Origin: the human T2T-CHM13v2.0 reference genome, Homo sapiens
Assembly: GCF_009914755.1 (NCBI RefSeq)
Contig: NC_060932.1
Length of the DNA stretch: 64,000 nt
Strand: one strand, 5' to 3'
Each line of letters starts with the position of its first letter. Position 1 is the first letter of the stretch. The translations under genes were made by a program, and so were the position numbers. The notes beneath the pieces were generated by a model that was not told the origin of the DNA, ran no database searches, and saw nothing but the letters and a program-made list of their open reading frames with translations. Of this stretch, positions 27,272-44,300 are shown piece after piece.

Positions 27272-28373
27272 CTAAAATTAAATTGTACTTCTTAGATAAA
27301 TGGACTAAAAGAATCAAAGTAATACTCCTCAACAAAATGCTATGAATTCTGAACTACTTCACTTAGAGAAGAGCCAAAAGGAGAAGAGAATGCTTTTATT
27401 TTTAATACAGGTGATAAGCAAAAAATGAATTATTTGCTATTGTAATTTGATATGATAGACACTGAGAGAGTAAAGAAAGTTAAAATGGTAACACACTCAA
27501 TAATATTTGGTACACAATAAGCTCCATTTGAGTATATCCTATTATTGTCAACATTAAGAAATAAAATTTGGTTGATTGTGTTAATGAAAAATCATAATTA
27601 CTTGTTCTTTGTTAAAATTAATCAAAAAAGTTATCCCAATACTGAGGTATATAAATTGTACAAATTCTAGATTCCTTTTATTTTGTTTTATTTTTTGTAT
27701 TTCTATACATTTAAGTATACTACTTAATGTGTAATTTTGGGTAATTTTGTAATAATCTCAAACTTAAATAATGCAAATATGGCCCAAAAAAATAAATTTT
27801 GTTTTCTGAAACAGTTAAGAGGCCGGCAATGTGTTCTGTGAACACTACATACATCTATGTAGTTCTTACATAGAAATGGGTTATTCTACATCAGCACCCT
27901 AGACCCTTCAAAATCATAAAATAATGACTTATTATTAATATCTAATGCTCGGACTCCATTCGGATTTTCCCAAACATCACAATCCTAGCATTTTATAGCA
28001 AAATAATCCAGTTCAGAATCAAGCATTGCAAAATTCTCATGTCTCCTTAGTTCTCATGTCTCCTTAGTTTAGTTGCTTTTCAAACTTCTTACTACCTAAG
28101 TACTATTTCACTTCATGACACTGAACAGTTTTTCAACCAATGCAACTAGACTGCTGTAAGGTAATCATTAGCATCCACTTTTCCTCTAAATAATATCACT
28201 GAATGTAGAACTATTAAGCACATTTCCTACAACATTCTATACTTTCTTTAATGTCTTAAGCACATTTGTATCTAAAACAATTTCTTAAATTATATTGCAA
28301 GAGGTTCTACATCAAGGAATACTAGAAATATTTCTTAAGAGAAAACATAGAGCTGATAAAAACAACTCCTTAC

Positions 28374-28510
28374 ATCGCATCAGGATTCATTATGCATGTA
28401 GTTCCTGGACAGTAACAATTGTAGATATCATCATATGTCAATCCCAGATTAATTCCAAGCAACTGTGCCATAACAACTGAAAAGGCCTCTGCAGTGATTT
28501 TCTTTGGATA
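28374..28510 (-). pseudogene. ADAM3A: Exon 11 (137 nt) YPKKITAEAFSVVMAQLLGINLGLTYDDIYNCYCPGTTCIMNPDA; degenerate zinc site
   Basis: QLLGINLGLTYD in place of HExxHxxGxxHD, followed by the CIM Met-turn; acceptor ctatttag, donor GTAAGG. Confidence 0.92.
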
Positions 28511-29109
28511 CTAAATAGAAACAAACAAACAAAAACCCAGATTTATTGCCTAAGATATTTTTTCACTCCTTTGATCTTGTCAAACGTTTCTAGCCATACT
28601 ATATAAATACAAATGCAAATTTTAAAAACTGCTATTTATTTACTTAGAAATAAATTATTTCTAACTACTTAGAAATAAAAATAGGTACAATTTTTTATTC
28701 CTTTTGAGTGACAATATTTTTAATCAAAATGACATTGACCTAAAATAAGAATAATTCAATCATATATTTTTATGACATACTATTGAATTTAATTCCAGCA
28801 AATTTCAGAAAACGTTCTGAGAAGTAGGAGGATTATTTTAGTAACTACAATATTTCTCAAGAGAACACTTGGAAAAGATACACAGATTTTGGAGAGTTGA
28901 ACAGGCAATCAGTTTTGACCTCAGAAATAATTTGAGAAGAGTCAATTTTTTAAAGTAGAATAATATAACATCTTACAAGTAGCATTTCTACAAACTTCCA
29001 GAAACTTTGTCATTATCTCTATATTTTTCCTATTTCTGAAAATCATATAGTGAAAATATTACCACATATAGTCTTCTAATAAGGGTTTCTCTCACCACAA
29101 ATTTAAGGG

Positions 29110-29790
29110 TTTTCCACATCTTATTGTGGCTTAATAGCTTATTATTTAAATCACTGGGTAGTATTCCATTGTATGGATGTTCTAAAGTTTGCTCATCCAT
29201 TCACCTGTTAAAGGCTATCTAAGTTACTTCCAATCTGTGGCAATTATGAATAAAGCTAAAAACACTTATGTGAAATTTTTTGGTGGATAAAAGTTTTTAA
29301 CTCATTTAGGTAAATAAATGGATGGTTTACCATAAGGAGGATGATTGCTGGACCATATGGCAAGGGTAAGTTGAGTATTGTAAGAAACTGTAAAACTGTT
29401 ATCCACAGTGGCTATATCATTCGCATTTCTGTCAACAATAAATGAGAGTTCCTGTTGGTCTCACAGAATTTGGTGCTTTCCATGTATGATGTTGACCGTG
29501 ACTGGTAAGCTACTTTCTTGTGTTTTTCCTGATCTAAGTAGTAATGTGTTATTTACTCAAAATATGTTGTTTCCTGTTTTTTTTTTTTGTAGATGCTCTC
29601 TTTAAGTTAAATAAGTTCCCCTGTATTTTTAGTTTGCTGAGAGTGTTTATTATAAATAGTCTAGGATTTGGTTTTTCTGAATCTACTACTAGAATCATAT
29701 AATTTTTCTTTTTTAGCCTATTAATATAATGGAGGACATTATTTTATATTCATGATAAACCAGCCATGCATATCTGGGATAAATTACATA
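29110..29790 (-). mobile_element. Old L1M fragments
   Basis: gtagtattccattgtatggatg and gattgctggaccatatgg (L1 3' region, antisense). Confidence 0.65.
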
Positions 29791-29892
29791 TATATGTACA
29801 TTATTATTATATATATGTATGTTACATATATATATATACACACACACACAAGGAGATAGAAACTAAAAAATAATTTAAAAAATCTGTAACTG

Positions 29893-33720
<3,828 letters not shown>

Positions 33721-33740
33721 AATTAGAGAAATACATAAAA

Positions 33741-34020
33741 GGATGAGTCCGTCCATGGATTAAACTATTAACGGGCTATCATAAGAATGAGACTGGTGGC
33801 TTTATAAGAAGAGGAAGAGTGACCTGAGCTGGCATGCTCAGCTCCCTTGCCATGTGATGCCCTGTGTCACCTTGCAGCATCCTCATCAGCCACAAGCGCT
33901 CACCAGATGTGGCCCCTTTACCTTAGACTTTGCAACCTCCACAACTGTAAGGAATAAATTTCTGTAAAATTACACAGTTTAAGGTATTCTGTAATAGGCA
34001 ACAGAAAATCGATTAAGACA
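33741..34020 (+). mobile_element. MaLR LTR fragment (MSTD-like)
   Basis: tttataagaagaggaagag...gccatgtgatgccc...attaagaca. Confidence 0.75.
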
Positions 34021-34510
34021 GTATTTATCCAAAAGTAATAAAATCAGAATATCAAGGAGATGTATGCACTTCCATGTTCATTGCAGCACTATATACAGTA
34101 GCCAAGATATGGAAATAACCTAGACATCCTTTGTCAGGTGACAGGGTAAAGAAAATGTGGTATATACTTACAATTAAGTACATTTCAGCCATCAAAACAA
34201 TGGAAATTCTGTCACATGCTACAACATAGATTAACATTGAAGAGATTATGTTCAGTGAAATTAACCAATCACAGAAAGAAAATACTGTATGACTACACTT
34301 ATATGAGGAATCTGAAGTTGTCGAATTGATGGAAACAGAAAGTTAAATGGTGGTTTCCAGGTGGTTAATGGGTATAGAGTTTCAGTTTTTTAAGAAAAAA
34401 TGTTCCAGAGATTTGTTTCACAACAATGGGAATATACTTAACACTACTAAAGTGTACACTTGAAAATGGCTAGAGTTATACATTTTATGTTACCTGTTTT
34501 CACTCCCAGT
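34021..34510 (+). mobile_element. L1MA/MB 3' end
   Basis: catgttcattgcagcacta and aaagaaaatgtggtatata, followed by an old 3'UTR. Confidence 0.75.
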
Positions 34511-34596
34511 AAGAAACCTCTTGTAAAATTACATTTGATTTCCAAAATCTAAAAATACAATTTTCAAAGATTTATCAAAACAGTGTGAGAGATTAC

Positions 34597-34678
34597 CAGA
34601 GCAATTCCTGTTGCAAACTTTGGATCGCATGCCATTCCGTGATATGTTGCTCCCACATAAGTAGAATGGTTCCTATAA
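34597..34678 (-). pseudogene. ADAM3A: Exon 10 (82 nt) YRNHSTYVGATYHGMACDPKFATGIAL
   Basis: Acceptor ttattcag, donor GTAATC; phase 2 in, phase 0 out. Confidence 0.9.
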
Positions 34679-35754
34679 CTGAATAATGAAATTTTTCTTG
34701 TGGATATGTGTATTTAAAAATAGCAATAACTTACTCATATTTTATGAGTTGGATTTCTATATAAAGGTATGCTTTCTCCAAAACACAGAAATTACATATA
34801 ATGTCTTATGCTTTCAGTCATTAAGATTTGGGTATCCCCTATAGTTCATATAAAGTTAAGTCCTAAAAGTTGTTTAACATTATCTAATACACAGCTCAAA
34901 ACCTAGCAGTGCATGATTCTTTCAAAAAATTAATCATCACTGGAAGGATATAATTAATTCCATGATATAAAAGTCAAAAGTGTTTATTGCTGTAATTTGT
35001 ATGTAGTAAACCAACCCCAAAAGTGTGAAGAAAGGTAGGACTGAAAGAGATAGAGAAAGATAAAATATGCATCAGATTTACGAAGAGAAAGAGAGGTAGG
35101 GTGTAGAAACCATCCTTACATATTTATATCTTAATATTGCTCTGTAATCCTAGACACTCTTTATTCCAATACATTGATAAATATGTTCCACATATTGCTT
35201 AAGGTCTTTAAAATTGTGTTTTTGATTTTTGCACATGAAATAATCAAGTTGGTAAAATAAAAGTATATAAAGACTTTTGAAAGATACAAAACAAGTAGGT
35301 AAATAGCTACATCTTAGGTCAGTACAGAAATACCAGAAGGAAACCACATGGAGAATAAAGTGGTCTATTTTAGTTATTTATTAATATTTCATACTGTAAC
35401 AAGCATTTTATGCAATTATTGCATTCAATAAATTAACTTATATTTATGTAATGTTAAAGTGATGGTTTCAATTATTTACTAGTGAGAAGGTCTTTACAAA
35501 CAGAGAGGTATCATGTTTTTATCACAAGACTTTCCATTTTTCAGCTCGTTACATTTCTATAAGTAAACAGTCTACTATGGGCTACCATGATTTAATTAGT
35601 GTCTTACATGGTTATTAGAATCTTAATATTTTGCAGTTTGCCAACACAGTCTTCAGATAGCTTTTTAATAATTATTGTTATATAAAATTTATATATAATT
35701 ATGATAGCTAAGATAATTTGATAAAACCTTTCTAAATATGAATAAAGTACTTAC

Positions 35755-35921
35755 ATTAATAAGTATGTCATATCATGAGACCTTTGAAACAAAAATTTTT
35801 GTTTCCAAGGCAAAAATCGCTGTAGTATTTCATCAGCATGACCACTTGTTGAAATCTTATTTTGATCTGACCAGATCTCCAAGGAAGACAGCATAACTGT
35901 CATATTAAGCTGGGAAAACAT
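35755..35921 (-). pseudogene. ADAM3A: Exon 9 (167 nt) MFSQLNMTVMLSSLEIWSDQNKI...HDMTYLL
   Basis: Reprolysin LEIWSD motif; acceptor ctgttctcag, donor GTAAGT. Confidence 0.92.
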
Positions 35922-36177
35922 CTGAGAACAGAAATTACGTGTTTTACAATTTTGGGTAACCATAAATATGACACTACTTCTCAATATCTAATGATAATAT
36001 ATTTAATTTACTATTTTTGAAGATAAAGTCGTTGGTGGATAAAATTAGTGGTTGGGCTACATTTACATTTTTACTTTTTGTTAAAATGTAAATGCTATAT
36101 ATATGTACATAAGCACAAATAATTTTACGTCATTAATTGCTATATTGCTTACTAAAATATAAAATATAAATACTCAC

Positions 36178-36249
36178 AGTGTTGATAAGACCAAAGATTT
36201 GGAAAACTTTCTCAACTGCAACTGCCACCGTGGAGCCCATATAAGCATA
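36178..36249 (-). pseudogene. ADAM3A: Exon 8 (72 nt) YAYMGSTVAVAVEKVFQIFGLINT
   Basis: Acceptor ttgtctttcag, donor GTGAGT; phase 0/0. Confidence 0.9.
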
Positions 36250-37846
36250 CTGAAAGACAAATTTTGTTTCTTAATCGCTAGTAAAAACAACTAACTACCA
36301 CATTTTAAGTGGATTTAAATATAAATGTAAAAATAATTCAGTGGTCAATTGAAGAGGCACTAAATAGAATTAAGATATATCACAGTTTACCAAGTTTTAC
36401 ACATCGGCCTAGTATTTTATAAATTAATCAATGATATTAAAATGAGGTAATTGTGATTATCTTCCTCTTTACAGATAAAGAAATTCAAAGTCAAAGTGTT
36501 AAGGTATGAAGAGTGAATAACCTACTGGTTAGCCCGGTGTGGTGGCAGGTGCCTGTAATCCAAGTAGCTAGCTTTAAAAAAAAATTAATTAATTAATTAA
36601 TTTAAAATTTTAATTTGCATATAGTTGTTTTTTATTGTCTTTGTCATTTAGTTACTGTTTAATCTGTTGATATTTTGTGATTATATATCAATTGTTTATC
36701 AAAATATCAATTTTGTGACTATATATCAATTACATATCAGTATATCAGTTTTGTGTTTATATATCAATAATCACAAGATGTCAACAGACCAAACACTAGA
36801 TGGCAAAGACAATGAAAAAAACAACTATATGCAAATTAAAAATGTAAAGGACCCATAAAATATAAGTACATAGAAATATTAATAATCAAAGGATGAAAAC
36901 ACATCATCTAGCATCAGGAAAATACTAGAAAAGAAAAAATATGTTATGTGATAATTATATTAACTAACATAATACATTGATAAGAATAAAACTTAAAGGC
37001 AAAAAATGGACATGCTTATCACAACATATTAATAAAATAATTCATCAGAGAGATGGAGACTTTTAAATTTGCTTATAACTAAAAACATGGCTGCAAAATA
37101 TATAAAACAAGATTTAACACAATTAAAAATAGAAATTGACTATCATACTGAGATATTTTAAATAGGTCTCTTAATAACACATAAATTAAGAAGACAAATT
37201 AATAGGAAAGATACTCAAGACTTTAAAAACCCAAAGCAATGTTGGATAAAATATACATACATAGAAGCTTATATACAACAATGAGAATATGTATTTTTTT
37301 TCAAATACAAATGAAAGTTTTATGCACATTGATTCATATTAACCAATATTAGGCCATAGAACACAGCTTTGAATAAGAAACAGAGTGTCACTTAAATCAC
37401 ATTATCTGAACACAATGCAACTAAGTTACAGTGGACTTGATAAAAATATTTTAACAATGTTATTTTTAGTGAAATGGATACCTCTGTTGTGGTTATATGA
37501 GATAATAGTCTTATTCTAGGTAAATACACACTAAAGAATGTAAGAGAAAAGCTTCATGATGAGCTTCACAACTTACTTTCAAATTTAAATGAAGAGTGCA
37601 CAAGTGATAATGGGATACAATATTAATAAATGTGAGAAAAGAGAATAAGGGCCCTCTTTGTATTATTTTATTCTTGTAACTTTTCTAAAAGTTTCAAATT
37701 ATTTCCAAAAGAAATGTTTAAAAAGTGCAGATGAAATAAAGACAATTTCAGATGAAAAGAAACTGAAGAGAATCCAGCAGGCTAAAGAGAAATATCATAC
37801 ATTAAGTAACCTACTACAAGGTATGAAAAGCTCTGCAAGTGAAAAA

Positions 37847-37848
<2 letters not shown>

Positions 37849-37899
<51 letters not shown>

Positions 37900-38228
37900 T
37901 CATATATATGAATATTTATGTATATTCATATATATGAAATACACATCTATGAATATATGAATATATATGAATATTTATGACCATATATGAATATATGAAT
38001 ATTTATGAACATATATACATATATTCATATATATGAATATTTATGAACATATATACATATATTCATATATATGAATATATGAACATATATTCATATATTC
38101 ATATATATGAACATATATTCATATATGAATATATATGAATATTTATGAATATATATTCATATATATGAACATATATTCATATATGAATATATATGAATAT
38201 TTATGAATATATATTCATATATATGAAA
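37849..38228. repeat. (TG)n followed by an AT-rich TATATGAA/TTCATATA repeat
   Basis: Directly visible; units occur in both orientations. Confidence 0.93.
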
Positions 38229-38955
38229 CACTTCATTTCCTTAATTTCTTTTTAAAATAATTGAATATTGAATTTTTAAAAATCTATTTTTCAGTTTATA
38301 ACACATGGAGAGGTAAAATCTTTAAAAACAGATTCATAATGACTTACCAGGGTTAAATGAAATTTTACTGCTCTGAGGCTCTTACATTATTAATGAAGTG
38401 GTATAACATTAATTCTAGATCATGATAAGTAAAGAATACTAATCAGAATCCCTAGGGAAACCGCTAAGGTTGGAGACTGGAAAGAGAGGCATAGCAAAAA
38501 AAAAAAAAAAAAAAAAAAATAGAGGGAAAAATAAAGGTTAAATATAACCCCTTGATCCAAGGGTAGGAAAGAAGAAACAAATAAGCAAATAATTGATGGT
38601 ATGTAAGAACACTAATAGTAAAGTATTATTTAACCAACATCCATAGTTATCAATTCTTTTGAGAAAAAACTAAACATTCTATAATTCTTCCTATTTTTAA
38701 GATACAGAACTTCTACCGGAGATGGTAAGCAACTATAAAACATAAAGTAATCTTCTGAGGGATAATATTTAATAACAAAGATTTCCAACTGAGTAATAAA
38801 ACAACTCACTTAAAAATAGAAATACATTGAAGAATTTCAATCAACAATTGGAGTAGATCTAAAAGTATCTGCAGCTAGATATGCTACAATAGATTAGAGT
38901 GTAGTGGAACCCTTCCATATGAAGTTATACATTATTGGGAAAATTGATATCGATT

Positions 38956-39131
38956 TAGAAATCAATATATAAATATTGATCCCCCATGTCACTGTAAAGG
39001 CAAGTGAAAACATTTCTTTATCTCCTGCTAGACTGAGACACACAGTCTAGAAATCAATATAAAAATATTGATCCCCCATGTCACTGTAAAGGCAAGTGAA
39101 ATCATTTATCTCCTGCTAGACTGAGACACAA
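38956..39131. repeat. ~90-bp tandem duplication, 2 copies
   Basis: tagaaatcaatat...ctgctagactgagacaca starts at 38956 and at 39048. Confidence 0.93.
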
Positions 39132-39238
39132 TGCAGATATATTAAAATATATCTGCATTGAAAACGTTGTTTTTTATTCATATTCTCTCTGAATTTCAAC
39201 AAAAGCAAAGATATAATAAACATACTGATATTGCATAC

Positions 39239-39304
39239 CATGGCTTTATCCATAATGATTTGTATTTTCAGAGTTCTTTTCGATAGCATGGCACCTGAAT
39301 TTAT
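39239..39304 (-). pseudogene. ADAM3A: Exon 7 (66 nt) INSGAMLSKRTLKIQIIMDKAM
   Basis: Acceptor ctatttcacag, donor GTATGC; phase 0/0. Confidence 0.88.
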
Positions 39305-39669
39305 CTGTGAAATAGAGGACATGAATTAAATAACACATTTTCAAAATTTTTACATTGCAGTTGTCATGTGCAATACACATGCACACACACTCACAGGTGA
39401 GATATGGAATATCCATCCATTTAGCTACCCATCTATCTATATGCAGATGGATGATAGATATTCAGACACAGATACACGAATATAGATATAAGTAATAACA
39501 CAAGAGGATGATGGGTACACCCTTAGCAGGTAGGATTCCAAATACAAATTTTACAAGAAAATCAGAAGCATTTTATTTTATGTTATTGATCATTAGAATT
39601 GGCAAAAAGTCACTGAAATGAAAAATCCCATATTTCCTTCCCCTTTTAACATTCCTATATACTCTGTAG

Positions 39670-39926
<257 letters not shown>

Positions 39927-40605
39927 CCTCACCAATCTTCAAGGTAAACTAACATCCGTAAACATTTCCCCTAATGTTGCCTTCATTTTCTTATTATTTT
40001 TGTACTTTTACTTCTTTATGTTAACTTTATTGGGGTTTACATTCAATAAAATGTGTCCATTTTAAGTATAAACTTATTAGCGAGTAATGTATACACCATC
40101 ACAATTTATAAATTGGTATTTAGAACAATTGGAAGAATTACATCAAAATATTAAGAGCACTATCTTTAAACAATGAGGTTTCACACAATTTATACAATTT
40201 CTAGTGTATTATCTTGCCCCCTTTTCACTTTTACATTTTCTATCAAAATAACACTTTTAAATAAAAAAACGCATGTGCAAAAAAACTTATAAAGCAATTT
40301 GATTAAATTGGTAATAATTTTATTAGTAAGATGCAAAATCAATATAAAAATAACTATATGTCTATAAAAATCCCTGCAATTAAGGAAACATGTTATGATG
40401 CTTTAGAATTATGTGTGTTTATAACGATTACATTTTCTAAATATCTGAATAAACAAATATATGTTTTAAACGTCCTACAACTGAACTTTTTAATATAAAT
40501 ATCAGTTTAAATTTATTCTCCAAATGTGTCAAATTTCAAAATTTCACTGTGAATAACTTTATCAACAGTAAGACCAATGAAGAACTCATAAATGAGAATA
40601 CTCAC

Positions 40606-40783
40606 GTCTGATTTGACAAGAATCCTGTAGGACTGATCTATATATTGAGCCACAGGATAATTTTCTTGAAAGGAGGAATGACCAATAGCATCATTTTTAA
40701 TTCGATAAACTACATGCTTATATGTAGGTGAAGATTCCAATGGTTCAATACCATAACTGATATTATCTAACTGCAGTAATCCT
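40606..40783 (-). pseudogene. ADAM3A: Exon 6 (178 nt) [26 protein letters not shown]...RILVKSD
   Basis: YGIEPL motif; acceptor atccag, donor GTGAGT. Confidence 0.92.
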
Positions 40784-41060
40784 CTGGATATTCAAATACA
40801 AAAAAGGAATAAAAATGTTACTGATAAATTTGAATACATTTTATGCTAGTGAGAGTTTTTTTCTGAATACATTTTATGCTTGCCCACCTGGGATAGAGAA
40901 AAAGAGAATAGAAAAATAGATCAACAAAACAGGTAAAAAAGAAAAGTATTTAAGAAAATAAAGTTTATATTCCTCTATATTTATTCTACCCTTCAAGAAG
41001 TTTCTGGAAATTAAAGGCTCACATAAAATCTCAATGTACATATCTGGAATACGCCATTAC

Positions 41061-41137
41061 CTGAGTCCAGAACAGGTGCGTAGTGCCACAACTGATTTTG
41101 GAATGTCTGCAGCATATCCTTGGTAAAAGCAATGACC
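41061..41137 (-). pseudogene. ADAM3A: Exon 5 (77 nt) GHCFYQGYAADIPKSVVALRTCSGLR
   Basis: Prodomain motifs CFYQG and TCSGLRG; acceptor ttcctttttag, donor GTAATG. Confidence 0.92.
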
Positions 41138-41379
41138 CTAAAAAGGAATATAGAAAGATATATTCATAAATGATTTGGAAACAAAGTCCTAGCTTTTATC
41201 TTTACTTCCTATATATTGTCAAGCATTCATATTTAACCATTATCATAATAGTATTTATCAGGTATTGAATCTCCATATCAATCTACAATCTCTTTCTCTA
41301 AGTTCTTTTCTGCTATGTTATTAGCTCGTAAACATTTTCATCAGTAACATACACTTTTTCTCAAAATGAGGCATAATCT

Positions 41380-44300
41380 CTATTCCCACTTGCTGACACT
41401 GGCAGGCCAAATCTACCCCTAGTAGCAGTTATCAGAGCCCAGGTGGACCAATCAATCCTACCCAAACACACATTTACAGCAATGTGCCTGTTACACTCAC
41501 ACCATCAAGACTAACAAACTCAGGCAGGGAAATCCATATCCTGCTCCATGTCAAGCAACAGCAGCAGTCACCTGCACTTGCAGTGGTGCCAGCAGGACCT
41601 GAATCTATAAGCCCCTCACAAAGAGGTAGAAGGCAATCCAGGTCCCAACCTCTCTCCAGCAGTAGAGAGTAATCCAGACTCAATAGCTTCTGGCTGTGCA
41701 CCCAGCAGGAGAAAATGATCTTCATGAGTTACTTCCCATTTCTCCCTACTATAAGTAGAAAAAGATCATTCAGATAGGAGCTATCTTCAACCAGGGTCAC
41801 TGGCAGAGATAGAATCAAGCACACTGAAATCTAGTAGCAGAGAAAAGACAGGAGAAATGTTCTCCATCCTATGGATCTTTCCTTACCCACCTCAACCGGA
41901 AACACTACCTGGCCCAGGGAAGTACGATTTACACCTCTAGCTTAAACGCTTAAGAGGCAGCAGAAGGTCCAATGCAGCCAGAACAATGAAACACAACACA
42001 ATAATATTGTAAAGAAAAAAATGTTATTGGAACAGTGGACTCCAATAAAACAAAGCTCAAACTGAATGACTGTCTTCTAAAATAGAATATTAAAATAAGA
42101 TCAAGAGTCTTGACTAAATGTCAAGGATATAATCAAAATAATTCATTATAACAAGGACCAGGAATATCCCAACAAGAATGAGAAAAGAAAATCAACTGAT
42201 GACATGATAAGTCATAGGATATCAAAAAATATTTGAAAGAAGTAATAAAAATTGCATTAATGAATAATGACAAATTCTCTTGAAATAAATGAAATAACAG
42301 AAAATCTTAGGAAATAAATAGAAGCCAAAAAGGGAACAAATGAAAATATTATAACTGAAATATATAATAAACAAACAAGTGAAACACTGAATAAGCTCTA
42401 TAGTCTGGAGTACAGATGACAGTGGATAGGATCACCAGGTTTAAGGAGAATGGATCACATATACCCAACCTGCAAAATAGAGGACAAGTGGCTGAAAAAT
42501 ATATGATGTTTCAAAAACTTGTAAAACAATAGCAGAAGACCTATAATTTATACTTTAAAAAGAAAAAAATGGGGTTTAAATAATATTTAAAATATTAGTA
42601 CTGAAATTTTGGTCAGCCAGATTGTGAAACAGGAATCCCGGGACGCTTCTTCTCCCACAAGCATACCAATTCAGCAACATTATATGGAAAAATTACCTTT
42701 GTGAGTAATCAGAAACTAATATAGAGACATATACGCTGGGAGGATGCAAAACTAGACTCACTAAAGCTCGTAGAGAGACTTGGATCACTCTCTTGCCAGG
42801 AAACCCAAAGATATCTACACCTAGACCTATTTTAATCAAACATTAAAAGATCAAAAACAAAGAGAATTTTGTAAACTACAAAAGAATAGCAACTTGTCGC
42901 ATACAAAGGAAACTCCATAGGACTATGAGCAGACTTTTTTTTTTTTTTTAAGGAGAAACCTTGCTGGCCACAAGAGAGTGGGATGAAATATTTTTTTAAA
43001 GTGCTGAAAGAAAAAAAAAAGCCAAAAAGAATGCTATACAAATCATTATGGATTTCTTATAAAATCTATAAGAAACTCACTTGAGACTTAAGCACACATA
43101 TAGGATGAAGGTAAAGAGATGGAAAAATAAATTCCATGCAAATGGTAAGCAAAAGGGGCAGAGATTTGTATACTTATATCAAAGAAAATAGATTTTGACA
43201 CATAAATCATCATAAGAGAAAAAATGACATTTTATAATAATAAAAGGGTCAATATCTGAAGAAGATAGATTACTTATAAATATGTGCACACTCAATATTA
43301 GAACATATAAATAAATAAATCTGAAGGAAGAAATAGACACCAATACTATAATAATAGGAGACTTTAATACCTTATTTTAAATAATGAATAGAACATCCAA
43401 AGAGAAGATTAATAAGAAAACAGAAGATTTGAATATTACTATAAACCAAATAGTTCTAACAAACATATAAAGGATTTCATTGAACAGCGGAAGAATATAC
43501 TTTCTTCTAAAGTACACTTGGATCTTTTCCAGACAGATCACATATTAGGTTAAAAAACAAATCTAAAAATTTTAAAAAGATTGAAATCATAACAAGCGTC
43601 TTTTCTGAACGCAATAGAATGAAGCTAAAAATAAATAGTATAAGGCAAACTAAAATATTAACAAATATTGAAATTAACACACTATTGAATAACTATTGGC
43701 TGAAAGAATTGGCTGAAGAAATTAGAAACTATTGGCTGAAGAAATTAGAAAATACCTTGAAATAAGTGAAAGCATAAAAATAAAAGTAAACAAAAAATAT
43801 TAAAACAAACGGATGCAGGAAAAGCAATACTACGAGAAAAGTTCGTAGCAATGTATGCCTACATTAAAAAAAAGGCATATCTCACATATGTTTACCTGAA
43901 GAAACTAGAAAAACAACGATAAAACTAAGTCCCAAATTAGCAGAGAAAATTTAAAAAACAAAGATTAGAACAGAAATAAACCAAATAAAAATAGAAAAAC
44001 CAATATAGAAACAAAGAAGTTCATTTTTTGAAACAAAATTGACAAACTTAGCTATGCTAAGAAAATAGAAAGGATGCGAATAAATAAAATCAGAAATAAA
44101 ACAGAGACATTACAACTAATGCCACAGAAACAGAAAAAGATCATGTAAGAGACTAGTATGAACAATTTTCTGTCAGCAAACTGGATAATCCAAAAGAAAT
44201 TGATAAATTTCTAGAAACATACAAACAGCCAAGATTGAATCATAACGAAGTAGAAAATTTAAAAGGACTCACAACTAGAATGAATATTAGATCAGTAATC

